A program made the translations under genes and the position numbers. The notes below the pieces were generated by a model. That model saw only the letters and a list, made by a program, of their open reading frames with translations. It searched no databases and had not been told where the DNA came from. Below are positions 26,965 to 40,359 of a DNA stretch of 64,000 nucleotides, piece by piece. Positions within the stretch are counted from its first letter, which is position 1, and each line of letters opens with the position of its first letter. The DNA is from Lingula anatina (lineage: Eukaryota; Animalia; Brachiopoda): the NCBI GenBank assembly GCA_051362555.1, contig CM120647.1, positions 17,088,651 to 17,152,650 on the forward strand. The letters are read 5' to 3'.

Positions 26965-29900
26965 GGTTGACGTTGTGTTTATACCGATATTCTTCTCCTG
27001 GTGCCTCGATTTTACTGAAATTCTCTCCAGGAAGACGCTACACGAAGTTATGTATGATTACTTGACGACAACTGCTCAGTGTTTTTCTCCTTTGTCTGCG
27101 ACTAACCGTGCATGCAGTATATTCTAAGTTTGTGTGTCAGCGTCTCAAGTTGACTGGGTTTGAAATTATTTTGATAACGCGACGCGACCGATCCTTCGTT
27201 GTCGTGTCATAAATAGGACACTACATTCATACTGTCACTACTGTCATAACAAGTGAGTCTTAAAGTAGATGGGTTTGGTCAGCGCGTCATAGCCTGGCTA
27301 TATTTAGCTTCCAGTGTGTGGGGACATTTGGTGTTTCCCCTTGCCTCGGTTTACGTGGCACACGAGGCCGAAATCAAGCGTCTTTCCCGGTGTTGGCGCT
27401 GAAATTAATCTCTCAATGCGACTTTAAGGCAGTAGTAAATAACTTGACCCGTGAATTCCGTGACAAACTGACAGCCGACACCTCATCAGGATCTGCACCC
27501 TCAACCACTCACAACAGGCCTTTCTTAAAAGATGCACTATGCACTGAGTCTGACGTCTTTGTTCATTGTAATTCGTGGTCTCATTCCAGGTGCCCGAAAA
27601 TTGCGCAGATGCATGTAGAATGCATTGAGCCACAGATAACCATCCGCACCCCCCAGTGCCATATATATGGCTGCGTGACTGGAGACAATATTTTTTTTTC
27701 TTTAATACCTCATCACTCAGTGCTCACGTTGACGTACCAGCAGACATACAAAATATGTTTATATACCAGTAGCATATATTACAGTATTACACAGATATAG
27801 TGAGTAGTCTTACTGCAGCAATTTGGTCGTTGAGTGGCATCATATTAACGCTAATAGTTAGCGCCCGGATGCGTTAATTACGGATACATATCAAAATATT
27901 AATTGCATTTGCTATTATTTTAGCATTTGCTAAAATCCACCGAGTGTAAACTTGTATATTGGACCACAGCACATCTGAGCGAATATTAAACACCTACGCT
28001 GAAGATAGTTACAACTGTATGAAGTGAAAAACGATGCCTTGCATTTTTGTAATTGGAATGACTATTAGAAAGATACATGGACGTGTGCTTAAAGACATTG
28101 TCCATCAAACTAACGCTATTCTTATGGGCCCTAGTTTAAAGTACCATAATTGCCGTTCCAGTGAAAGGCTCAAAGTTGTTTCGGGTAATTGAGGGGACAG
28201 ATTGCCGCTTAAACGTATGAAGCTATGGCATAGGAAACGGCCCGGAACGTGTCATTATGGTGGTCTACCGTAATAAAAGTTTGTATATTCAGGCAGTATC
28301 TATGCTTGTTTTTCAAGGACAGTGAGATCGGCAGGTACAATGTAAATCTGTTGTAACAATATATGGCTCTTTTGTGTCCAATCTTGTCGAAACGAAATCA
28401 GTAATTTTGTTACTGTCTGGTGCTAACCTGTTATTAAAATTTTACAATGATAACCTAATGTGCACGTGACAGGACTTATCTTGTCATTTCTGTTGTAAAC
28501 AAACTGGATGGATTTCAAAGTCATCATCAACAACAAAAGCGATCACTGACCCGAAAACATTTACCCTGATATACTATACGCCAACAACATTGCGAAATTA
28601 AAATTGTCCTATAAGCCATGTCATGTTGATTTCTGAGTCCCGTTCAGGTCCGCTGAAGTCCCGTTCAGGCCCGCTGAAGTCCCGTTCACAGTGTTTTGTT
28701 TTGCTTAATTATTCTGTCCTAAATTTTGATCAACGGACGTCACACTTTTCTCTAAAAGAGGCCGTCATTTTCCTCACACCAGACACCGCTTTCGAAGGAA
28801 TAAAAGGAACATTATTCCCCTAAAGACCGCTTAATCTCTCTACTGCCATCACTAGTTTTTGCGGACGGTCTAACAAGTGACTTAATATTAGCAACACGCG
28901 AGGAGGGAAAACTTTAACGATTACTTAACTTTAACTGGTCTCGCCCTCTCAAATACAACAAATAAAAAGACAGGAAGGTGAAATAAATAAATAAAAATGC
29001 ATTTTATTTAGAGTCTAAAGCTGCCTAGGAGTAGACGCAACATACTGTAGGTTATTCCCTATATTGGGACAATCACTATACTCTGTTGCACTCGGTACAG
29101 CTGACTCAAAACTGACTTGTCCTATTTAATTTGCTTAAATTAATGTGCTCAGACAGTCATGGTGTCAGGGATGGTCTTGATTAAATCGTCCATCTTGACG
29201 GCCAGATCACATGATAGTGGGCATAAGGCAGGCTAGACGGTAAATCATTATTGTGGTCATGTAGATAATCCGGAATCCGCATCCGCTCAAAGGAAATCCA
29301 CTTACTTCACTGTCGAAGTGATGTAGCAAAATTCTTATCATTAATATTGTTTAACAAAATGCGAAGATAATTTGATTAACTTTTATTCAAGCACTGACTT
29401 GGTTCACTGATTCATATAGTAAGAGTATAGTCATGGTTGTGAATAAATTTGTAATAAATTAATAATTAAACTAATTATATTAGTACAAATACTGCATAAA
29501 TAACATATCGTAGATCATGAACACTTAATGTGAAACAACAATAAATAAGACTGTGATATCGAAATGTAGCGCACAACATCTATAATACAGCATTTGAATA
29601 AGTTATCATATAGGTGCAAATCTTTGGAGTAAAGGAATTAAAATATATACATATACATATATAATTCGAATAAATAATGCGTTTACAACACAATTGTGTT
29701 GTATTTTTTGCACACACACACACACACACACACAAAAACACAGAGTACAGAGTATGTTTAGTATAAATTAATTAGTGTTGCAACTGTTGTAAAGGTAATG
29801 GCTTACACTTTCACTAATTGCAGGTAACAATAAAAGAGTAACCAAATGAGTAAAATGATAGGGAGTTACTGAGTGCAAGTTAAATTTCCTTAAGAGCGAG

Positions 29901-30501
29901 TTAACAAGTGCAGAAATCGTTTTTGCGGTTGGAAAAGATGGAACATGCCAAAGTCACATATAGTTTGATTTGATTGGTTCATTTCTAAATAGTTTTGCAA
30001 GTTTCCTCGTAATCACAAAAAGACAATGGAAAACAAGTAAATGGGTGATCAGTACGGAGAAATATAAAGGTAGAATAGATACTTTTGAATGTGTATGAAA
30101 AATCAGATGTAGTATGATGGCAATGACAACGAGTTGGATTTTTCACACATATATTAACAGACCAATTTGGACCAATATTCTTTTTCCAAAACACATGGAG
30201 GAACAAAATCCCTCTTCAGCCTTCTCCCTTCCTCCGTCCAAAACACACTGACTGATCTTCTCAAAATGCTAAGTGTGACAACGCTGATTGTGAACGAGAT
30301 CAACAAAAACACGATGAAAAATCGAGATAATCTCCACGATGTGAACATAAAGAAAAAATGCGTGCGATGGACACCAGCAGCGCCAAATTGCACTTTATGT
30401 TAGAAATATGTTAGGGACACATTCCTTCATCAAAGTCGGATGATTTCGTCATTGGTCACGTGATTCATCAGCCGACACGTGGTCTGTGTCTTCTGTGAGT
30501 T

Positions 30502-31902
30502 TTCTGTAATATAAAACATGAATAAAAGTCAACTGCACGTTTTTAAACTTTTGTTTTAATTTTATTTATTTATTAACTTATTTATTTATCGCTAAGCGGC
30601 TATTGGACAAGTGCTTTCCGTAGCATGTAGGATGTTTTGGGTATTAGGTGTACTCGTGGCGAATAAAATTCCATCTTGGATTCAGAACAAATATCTCTAA
30701 CAGTTGAAGAAAGGCTCAGGGACACAAGTGAAATCAATGCCTTTGTGTGGGTTTTCGATTGTGGACAAATGTAACACAATAAAGTAATATCGCTGCAGTT
30801 GTTATATTGTAAGTACATTTTTTATTGTAAGTAGTGCATTCATCTAAAACACTCTTTACTTACATGTAACCATTTTGCTTGTGCATCTGAAAGTATAGAC
30901 ACGATTGAAAGGATGCCGTTATTTATTTTTTAAAAAGGAGTAGAACTGCAAAAAAAAAAAAAAAAAAAAGATTAAAAAACGATATCTATAAATAAGGAGA
31001 CAACAAGGAAACTGTATTTTGTAAGAATCAATTGTGGCAAATACATTTAACCATTTAAGTGTTAGATCTTTTAAAAATTTGATTTCAACTCGGAAATATG
31101 TAACTATCGTAAGCAATCGGTTCATATTCTCTTCAGCTGATATATTTTACAGTTGTAGAAACTGAATATGCGCGTGTGTGTGTGTGTGTGTGTGCGCGTG
31201 CGCGCGCGCACGTGAAATAGAGGCAGGGAATTGTTTTTTTTTGTGTGTGTGTGTGTGTGAAAGAGAGGTACATGTAGAGAGAGTGTGCCTAGTATATGAG
31301 ACTCATAACATCACAGAATGAACTTACAGTCATCTCGTGCCACACATCTACAGTTGAGAGTTCCTCTACACGTGCAATACCGGCCACTACACTCCTCTCC
31401 ACAGCATTTACATGTGGCGCCCTCTACACCTGTGCAAAATATAAAAATAAAACAATGAAAAGGAAGAATGAAATAAATATCCTGTCTTCTTTTTTTTCTT
31501 TTTCTTTGTGTGTGCATGTGTGTTTGTGTGTGTGAGAGAGAGAGAGAGTTAGAGAGAGAAAAATATAAACGAATTACACAAATCTTTTGGGTCGGATTAA
31601 ATGCTACGTCTTTAATACATTTAGAAAAATCTAGCTATCAAAATCAAATACCAACTATCAAAATTAAAAAATATTTTCTTTGTAACTTCTTGAAAATAAA
31701 AAAGGAATGTGATGAAGGCAAGACAATACAAACTTTAATTCTGTAAAGCTTCCCACAGACATCTTTAACTTTGTAACAAATAAATAAGATATTAATGAAA
31801 TATAAATAAGAAGTCCCTATTTCTTTACGGAGATATATAACACATACCTGCTGCAAAAGATAAGAGGAAAATACAGATAACCAGTATCGCCGTGCACTTC
31901 AT
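30502..31902 (-). CDS. Small secreted cysteine-rich peptide precursor (~52 aa; 8 Cys in mature region)
   Basis: Exon 31848-31902 gives MKCTAILVICIFLLSFAA+G then GTATGT; exon 31328-31429 (CACAG acceptor, GTAAGT donor, phase 1 matches) gives GVEGATCKCCGEECSGRYCTCRGTLNCRCVARDD+T; acceptor TTTTATATTACAG at 30504-30516 supplies AA to complete TAA. Choice of last exon is less certain. Confidence 0.8.
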
Positions 31903-32714
31903 ACTGTCCACTGATTATTCAAATATAATATTAATATTATTAATATCTATCTTTTTTTAGATCTATTATCCTGCTCTTCCTGTCCGTACAATGACCACAC
32001 GCGTGTTGTATATGTACTGGTCTTAGCAGTTACTTTTTGAAATCCTTTGGTAAAAATATCGACTGGTTCTGTCCACCTTGCCTGTGTTGTCCAGTATGCC
32101 TAACCAGTGACCACTGCTGTGTCCCTATATTCATACCTGCCCCCCGACCACCTTTTTTCGGACACAAGGAAGTCATATATTGAAGACAAGGAAATATATT
32201 TTCATTATCATCCACTCCATCTTGTCATGCATTTTTGATAGACAGCCGTCCTTATTTTTGCTACTTCCTTATTTTTCGTTCTTTTCACATTCGAGATGTG
32301 TTCTTTTTTTAAATACTGATCGATTTACAAGGATGGGGGTGGGGGACGGGAGGGTAATTCCCCTTTCATTCTTCCATTTGACAACGAGGGATATTTTAGA
32401 ATCAAAAGGGATGTATTAGTCGACTTCTATGACGTTGAGAAATCAAAGATGTGATGTCTAGTTCTATGACGTTGAGATACCGACAAGTTGACGACTGTGG
32501 TAGTCAGAGACACGCTACGACTAAGAATGTAATATGTGCCTGTAATGCGGGTCTGGGCCATCAAAAAGTAGTTAGCCATGGTAAATGTTTACCCATGAAT
32601 TCAGAATAATAGCAAAAGTAAAAATATAAGGAACTTTTACAGAAAATTTTAAAACGTTTGAAAACATGTACCAGTTAATTCGATAGTTCCTTCAAAACGT
32701 ATGTGTGTTGTGAA

Positions 32715-32748
<34 letters not shown>

Positions 32749-34180
32749 AGAACGAAAGAAAGAGAGAGAGCTTAACAGAAGCTATCATTGCGGTTCCTGT
32801 TTACCCAACCGGCCGTCCATCTATTGCTTTAATCACATATCACTCTTCGTCTGAAAACTGTGTTTTTCATCAATGGCGAGGTTAACTACAAGGAAGTCAG
32901 GACCTCCAGCCGGACCTAACGATTTCAGTGTGGTCAGTCGGATGGTGGGTAGGAGTCATTTCCGGTCACCTTTAATCTTACCATCAGCTGGATCCAGGAT
33001 TTAGTTAAGGGGGTATGTTCGGGTTATTTGGATTTTCTTTCATTTTCCGTCTTCTATCTTACATTCAGTGAAATATTAAAAAATGCATAAATGCCTCAAA
33101 TACATATCATCAAAAGCACTTTATTTCCTGGGATAGGGGGGTGTCTTTGAGGGATTGTCCCAGGTGGTATTGTGAGGGGGGGGATTGTCCGGGGGGGGGG
33201 GGATTGTCCAAAAATCGTGAGGTGGTTTGGAGTGTGTGTGTGTGGGGGGGGGGGGGGGAGGGCACAAGCATAATGTTGTTTTGTCTTGATTTGTGAGTTA
33301 TATTGTTCTGAACCGTCCGATAGGACATCCACTGTAATTAATAGATTTACTGAATTTCAATGTATTAATTCTCATCAACGAATTAACTCAAAAGCGTCTC
33401 GGCATGACTCTAGATCCGACCCTATCCTTCTTCTGCACGTGTACAGAGAAGCATCAAAATAAAAACAATCTCACATCTCCAGTTCCTATTGAAAAGCCCC
33501 TTCATCATTTTATAACTTTTATATAAGCGGAACTAAAGCGCGTGCAACAGTTACTTCAAACTAAGATCTAATATATCCGTTAATTAGATCTTAGCTTCAA
33601 ATGATCTACACACTTATTGTGCAATATTAACAGATAAGGGTTCCTACTTATCAGATTTAAGGTACCGGTATAAGTCTATATCAATGCATCTCTACCAGCA
33701 TACCTACATAGCAAATGGTTGAAATCCTTTCAAAACAGAAGCAAGTTATATAATAAAATGCCGGCTTATTCGGTTACGTAAATACTAAGTTGAGGATGGA
33801 AAAGACTCCACAATATACTTGTACATGAAAAGAAGAACAGATAATGAACAAGGTCAGACACTCCACTAAGATGCTATATACTTTTCATACGTGTGTTTGT
33901 GTGTGTGTGTGCGGGGGGGGGGGGGGGGAGGGGAGGGAGATAGAAGATAGTTTCCAAAGCGTCTGAGGGGGTCAGGATACAGGTGGGGTGAGGGGAGGAC
34001 GGAGGCCGAAAACAGCAGACTGTATTGTCATGGTAAAGCCTTATGAACAAGATAAGCTTATTTGAAAATGGAGTTCCATATTTAATAACAAAGTTGAGAT
34101 TCTATGTCTTAGTTATATTTTATCGGGGTCCATAAACACAGCATCGCAGTTGACGGTATAAGCGACACCTGTATCCTATA

Positions 34181-34252
34181 CTATAAAACATGCATGATAT
34201 AAATATAAAATATTAAATATACCTACACAGGCAACGTCAGAAGTGGTAAGTT
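34181..34252 (+). promoter_or_regulatory. Putative TATA region and non-coding first exon of sulfotransferase 1
   Basis: TATAAAA at 34182 and 34204; GCAACGTCAGAAGTG|GT(A/G)AGT conserved in all three units (34245, 39955, ~45486), matched by a conserved TTCTGACAG acceptor ~46 nt before each ATG. Confidence 0.5.
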
Positions 34253-34502
34253 GTATGTGTCGTTTTTCAAATATCTATTTTAAATGGTATTCACTCAGTA
34301 GCGTTTGGGGGAGAATATTAATTGTGCGTAATTTTTTTGCATGGACGTTCAATAAATTTTAATGTTGGTTAATAATATTCTGACGAGGTATTGAAAAGAC
34401 AACGCGTTTTTAGCAGAAGGGTCCATTATTTCCACACTGACTTTTAATTCTGACAGGAATATCTCTTAGAAACCCAGGGCCTGATCAGTAAAAGGAGTTT
34501 CA

Positions 34503-36109
34503 ATGGATGCACTAAAGAAGCTCCAGTGGTTTGTATTTGGTGCTGTCCTGATGTCTTGTCTACAACTCTGGCTGAGGAGGAAGCAGACAGGTGATTGTTT
34601 CACTCTCAATCATGGCACTTCCAAATTCCTTTCCCAGCTGTCGTTCTCTCTATTTCTCTTTCACACACACACACAAACACACACACACACCCGTGCGCGC
34701 ACAACACACATATACACATTCAATTCAATTTCGCATTCAATTCAGTTTATTAAACCTTGAATTGAATTGAATACACATAAAGACACGCACAAACACACGC
34801 GTGTACATATATATAACTTGTGTTATACAGTATATAGAAAAGCAAACAGCTGATAATGATCTTAATATAGTTGAATAATTGATGGGTTTCTTCTATAAAG
34901 CAACCGCATTCAATCTTAGACCCCATTCCCAGAGATTAGAGCGATCCAACTAGATCGACCTAACTCCCTGGGGGTTCAAGCTAAATAGCTGTCAGCCGAG
35001 CGGGCACGAACGTTAATTACCCCTTTACAGCTTGTAGTAGGCGGGACGGACATTTAAGCCGGATTATTGGACAGTTATCTAGTGAGACTCCCCACGAGGA
35101 TAGATCGATCTAAAATCTATGGGAATGCGCCCTTACACGCATTCCGGTTTTTGTTGCTTTGTTTTATTTAGGTATTATATGTGTCTTTATCTAAGAGAGC
35201 GTTGCCATAGACCCATCGTACTAGCTGGGTTGATCTAATACTACGGGCATTCTCGCTAAAATATTCAATCAAGTAAACCACTGTCGAACACGTCAATTTT
35301 CAGATCTCTCATTCTAGGTACCGACCTTGGATGTTCGAATCCACCGCCGAGAAAATATGTAAGTTACTTACACAGTGTGTTTGGGAGTTCTGTGCGTGTG
35401 TGTGTGTGTGCACTTACCTGCGTGCATGCATGAGTGCAAGCGTGAAGAGTCAACGTCAGGTATTTTGGTACATTGGTATCTGCTAAAGATGTCAATCACA
35501 GCCTCATATTAATACATATCGTCGACCACATTGCATGTTTAGTTTAATACCACTATAATTTCTTCCAATATTTCAACATGGAATGGAATATTTCAAAAGT
35601 GATAGACAAAATAAAATGGCTGGCATGACATGCCGGTGTAACGAAACTGAGGCTCCGTGTGACAGAAAGTCCGCCCTCCGTATAGTTATAATGGTTAGAG
35701 TTTGTTTGACCTAAGTGGATCAAAATCTAGGGCGAGGCTGACCTGTACAAATAAATGGGAAACGGACTCTCTGTTATAGGGGACTCTCTGTCACGTTACA
35801 CTGGTGCATACTAGTTCCGATATGAGGTCACCAATGCATTTTCTTATTAAGTTTGACAAAGTGTAAAATCAACCTGCTACTGTAACGCTGATAGTTTTCA
35901 ACCTTTTTTCTTTTATCAAATTACGAGCTTCATTGTTATCAGTGAGTTTATTTTTTTATATTTATTTATTACTTTTTTAAGATTTTAACTTAAAATGAAT
36001 CGATACTATACAACGATCTTATTTGGTCAAAATAGCTTTTTACTGTTTTTATTTTTTTATATAAAATAGTTTTCTAGATATTTTGATATCAAAATTAAAC
36101 CCTTCAGAA

Positions 36110-36146
<37 letters not shown>

Positions 36147-37835
36147 CCCTATTCTTTGTTTTATGCACCATTCATGCGCTTAACTGCTTTTAACCTCCAT
36201 CCCCTAATTGTCATCTTTTAAACTGCTTTCTAAATTGGCGCATTCAGAGCAAGTTGATCTGCAGACTCGAAGATTCCCCGCATAAAACAACAATTTTATT
36301 ATTATTATTATTCTAAAGAGTTTAATTTTAGTATTCCTCAGATCAGCTTGGGTTGTGGATACGCCATAAATTGGCGTAAGCTAGTGAGCGTCCTTTTTCC
36401 GAAACTCGAGACTTAAATAAGATATTATAATAAAAATTGCATAGTTCACGACAAAGGTGTTAACTACAATCCTTTGTTTTTGAGTTTTTCTGCTCATTAT
36501 TGATAAAATCAGAAGCAAGCCTTTCGAAAAGATTCCCTGACACCAAATTGTAGTAATAAGGGTTATGGTTAATTTACGTAAAAAAAGTGTGGATAGCTGT
36601 GCTTGGGAGGGATGTATGCTTAAAATCAAATAAATTTTTTTACAGCAAAGCGAAGTTGTTACGTCGTCAACCACAATTGGCAAAATTCCTTTGTGTTTTC
36701 TTTTTGAAGTGACATCATTATCTCAAATCATGGTAATGCATATTTCTGCATTATCTAGACGTATAAGAAAATAGATACTATTGTATCTATCGACCTTAAA
36801 CATGTCTCAACTTGCTTCCTTACGTTGAACTTTGGCCAAAGGAAATCATGGAAAGTATGTGTCGACTGAGCATGAAATCATTTGAAAAAATGTCTTGAGC
36901 AGGATGATCACATATATCTAAATGAATTCTGATAAATTTTCCATATATATATATATATATATCACATTTGATTCTACTTCCAGGATCGGCATTCATCCTG
37001 GTTGAACGTCCCTAAAATCTGGCGGGAAGAGATGGAACGTCGCGTGAAACACATGGAAACCGTTTGCCGAGACACCACCCACTCTGTAGATGGCAGCAGT
37101 GCCAGGACAGGCTTTCCACCCATGCTTTATGTGGATGATAGGCACCGCCTTATTATGTGCTCAATGCCTAAAGTCGGCTGTACCAATGGAAAACGCCTAC
37201 TTTACGCGTTAACAGGGAACGTGGATATGAAATCGTTCCACAATTTTGGATCGGGTAAGAAAGTGGTTTCTTACAAACGCTTCCTCCCTCGACTTAGTCA
37301 GTATTCTCCGTTTGGAGCTAAATTACGGTTGGAGACCTATTTAAAGGTGATCATCGTTCGCCATCCACTGGAGCGCCTGGTATCGGCATACAGAGGTAAA
37401 CTAGAAGGTAAAGGACACCCGATTACAGGGGAAGCTATATACATTGCCAAGAGGTTTGAAACCAACCCGACACCAGGCATGCTGACTGGGAAAGAAGGTG
37501 TCTCTTTTCAGGCCTTCATTGATTATCTCAACTCTCTTGATCCAAACAAGGATTATAACGACCACTGGGAAAGCTATATTAGGTTATGTGATCCATGTCA
37601 GATTCATTATGACGTCATCGCCAGACTGGAATCTCAAGGCACAGATCTAAACATGATGCTGAAGCTGATAGGAATGGACGACATGTTGACGTATCCTGAA
37701 GGTGATCTCCCTGCCTCTTCCTCTGCAGTCTGGAAAAAATATTTTACTGAAATATCTAGAAGCGATATCAGGAAAATATGGCAACATTATGAACTTGACG
37801 CTCGTCTTTTTAACTTTACGCTAGACTGGTACTGA
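34503..37835 (+). CDS. Carbohydrate sulfotransferase (CHST11/HNK-1ST family, Sulfotransfer_2), copy 1, ~326 aa
   Basis: Exons 34503-34590 (type II membrane anchor), 35318-35358, 36984-37835; 5'-PSB CSMPKVGCTNGKR, 3'-PB VRHPLERLVSAYR, HWESYIRLCDPCQIHYDVI, YELDARLFNF. Confidence 0.93.
34919..35132. mobile_element. PIF/Harbinger-like MITE, family 1, in sulfotransferase 1 intron
   Basis: TTA TSD; empty site CATTCAATCTTACACGC in copy 2 at ~40514-40530. Confidence 0.92.
35637..35800. mobile_element. Ginger1-like MITE in sulfotransferase 1 intron
   Basis: CCGG|TGTAACG...CGTTACA|CTGG; empty site CATGCCGGTGCATA in copy 2 at ~40974. Confidence 0.88.
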
Positions 37836-39218
37836 CGTGTTTAAAACGTGGTAGTTGAGATACACGTTGTATGAAAAATGGTTATATTATTGTGATCTTT
37901 CATTATGTTGTCTCTTGATTGTGTATAGGGTGATAAAAATAAATTGGTTCCGAAAACACAAAATATTTTTCTAGCTAAAAGTCATGGCGCCATCTTAAAT
38001 AACATATGCGACACTTCCACTATATTTCAATAAAGTATACTTTTTATATCGTTCTTTATTTAAAATTATATGCGACGTCCACATCAATGATGTCGTTCTA
38101 TCCAAGAAACAATAAATTGTTTAGTTTGCTCTGTTAATTCATATATGGGATACCTTCGTTTCATCCGTCGTCCTTTAGGTCGTACCACATGTATTTTACT
38201 GTTATATAACATTAATGCATTAGATCTAACGTCAAAGTTTTTGAAGCGTGACAGCATTAAACTAGGTGCGACCTCTTTGGCTTTTCGATATCACCCCATT
38301 GCATTACATTTAGTGTCATACTTATTGAAATGTAAAATCAATTATTTGAAAATGCATGGGGTTATAGTCTTAGAATATAGCACAATTGCATTAGATGTGA
38401 CATCCGAGTCTACAAATGGTGACAATATAGTATTAGACATTAGTTATCCATTATGTGAGATGTGACATTTGATTACATTTTATACGTGAGATGCGACGTC
38501 CGGTCCTGCATAACTTGACAGTATTGTGCTAGGTGTGAAATCATAATCTGCAGAGTAACTATACTTTTATGACAAAAAATATGCTTCCTTGTGAAAGTAT
38601 TGTGTTTTTTTTTTTTTTAATATAAGACACTTTATATCTTGAGTCAGTGAAATATTCAATAAACGCACACATACCTCATATAGATATAAACATCAGTTTA
38701 TTTTCTGTGATAGGGGATTAATTTTGGAGATTGTTTGGGAAGGATTGTCCGAGGTGGTATTGTTGGGGTGGGGATTGTCCTAAAATCGTGGGAAGGTTTC
38801 GAATGTGTGTGTGTGGGGGGGGGGGGGGAGGGGGAGGAGGGGGGCTCAAGTATAATGTTGTGTTGTCTTGATTTGTGAGTCATATTGTTGTGAACCGTCC
38901 GATATGACATCCACTTTAATTAATAGATTTACAGAGTTTCAGTGTATTAATTCCCATCGACGAATTAACTCAAAAGCGGCTCGGCATCACTCCAGATCCG
39001 ACTCTTTCCTCTGCACGTGTACAGAGAAACATCAAAATAAAAGCAATCTCACATCTTCAGTTCCTATTGAAAACCCCTTCATCATGTACAGTATTCACAT
39101 TTTATACAATTTATCTAAGCGGAACCAATGCGCGTGCAAAAGTTACTTCAAATGATCTACATACTTACTGTGCAATGTTACAGATGCGGGTTCTATCTTA
39201 TTAAATTTAAGGTACAGA

Positions 39219-39387
39219 TGTAACGAAACTGACAGTCCGTGTAACAGAAAGTCCGCCGTCCATTTAGTTACAATGGTTAGGGTTAGCCTGACCTAAATGG
39301 GTCAAAATCTAGGGCAATGCTTATAATTACCTGTACAAACGAATGGGAAGCGGAATCTCTCTGATGGGGGGACTCTGTAATGTTACA
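39219..39387. mobile_element. Ginger1-like MITE upstream of sulfotransferase 2
   Basis: TGTAACG...TGTTACA|CCGG; unit 1 has empty GGTACCGGTA at 33661. Confidence 0.8.
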
Positions 39388-39591
39388 CCGGCACCCACAT
39401 ATCTCTACCAGCACACCTACATATTAAATAGTTAATACCCATTCAAGACAGAAGCAAGTTATATGATAAAAGGTTGGCTTATATAATTACATTAATATTA
39501 AATATAGGAGGGAACAGACTCAACAATATCAATGGGAACAAATAATGGAAAGGTCTGACACTCCTCTATTCGCTAGATGCTATACTTTTTT

Positions 39592-39631
<40 letters not shown>

Positions 39632-40216
39632 TGTTTATTTTCATATGAGGGGAGAATGATGTAAAAGAGTTTACGAAGCTTCTACGGAGGTCGGGGTGGA
39701 GTCGAGGGGTGGGGGCGAAAACAGCAGGCTGTATTGTCAAGGAAAAGTCTTATGAACAAGATAAGCTTATTTGAATATGGAGCTCCTTACTAAATAATAA
39801 AATTAAGATCCTATGTCTTAGTTATATTTTATCAAGTGTCCATGAATACAGCAGCACAGTTGATGGTGTAAGCGGCACCTCTATCCTATACTATAAAAAA
39901 TTCATGATATAGATATTAAAGATTGAATATACCTATACAGGCAACGTCAGAAGTGGTAAGTTGTACCTGTCGTTTTTTAAATGTCTATTTTAAATGGTAT
40001 TCACTCAGAACCGTTTGTTGGAGAATATAATTTTGCATAATTTTTTTGCACGGACGTTCAATAATTTTAATCTTGGTTAATAATATTCTGACGATAAGGT
40101 ATTCAAACGATCTAACTCGTTGTTAGCAGTAGGATCCAATATTTCCATACTGATTTTCAATTCTGACAGGTATTTCTCCCTTAGAGAACCAGGGGCTAAA
40201 CAGAATAAATTATTCA

Positions 40217-40327
40217 ATGGAGGCACTAAAGAAGCTAGTGTGGTTTGTAATTGGTGCTGTCCTGATGTATTGTCTACAACTCTGGATTATGAGGAAGCAG
40301 ACAGGTGATTGCGCTCCCAGCTGTCGT

Positions 40328-40359
<32 letters not shown>

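Noticed and set aside
27318-27800. 160-aa plus-strand ORF
   Set aside because: GTG start, no recognisable domain and no splice partners found; it lies in the upstream region of transporter B.
28638-28690. Short direct repeats (GTCCCGTTCAGG.CCGCTGAA) as CRISPR-like
   Set aside because: Only ~2.5 contiguous units with no spacers, in eukaryotic DNA; a simple minisatellite.
27854-28876. Possible ~1-kb TIR element (TAGTTAG... / ...CTAACAA)
   Set aside because: Terminal similarity is weak and there is no second copy or empty site in the window.
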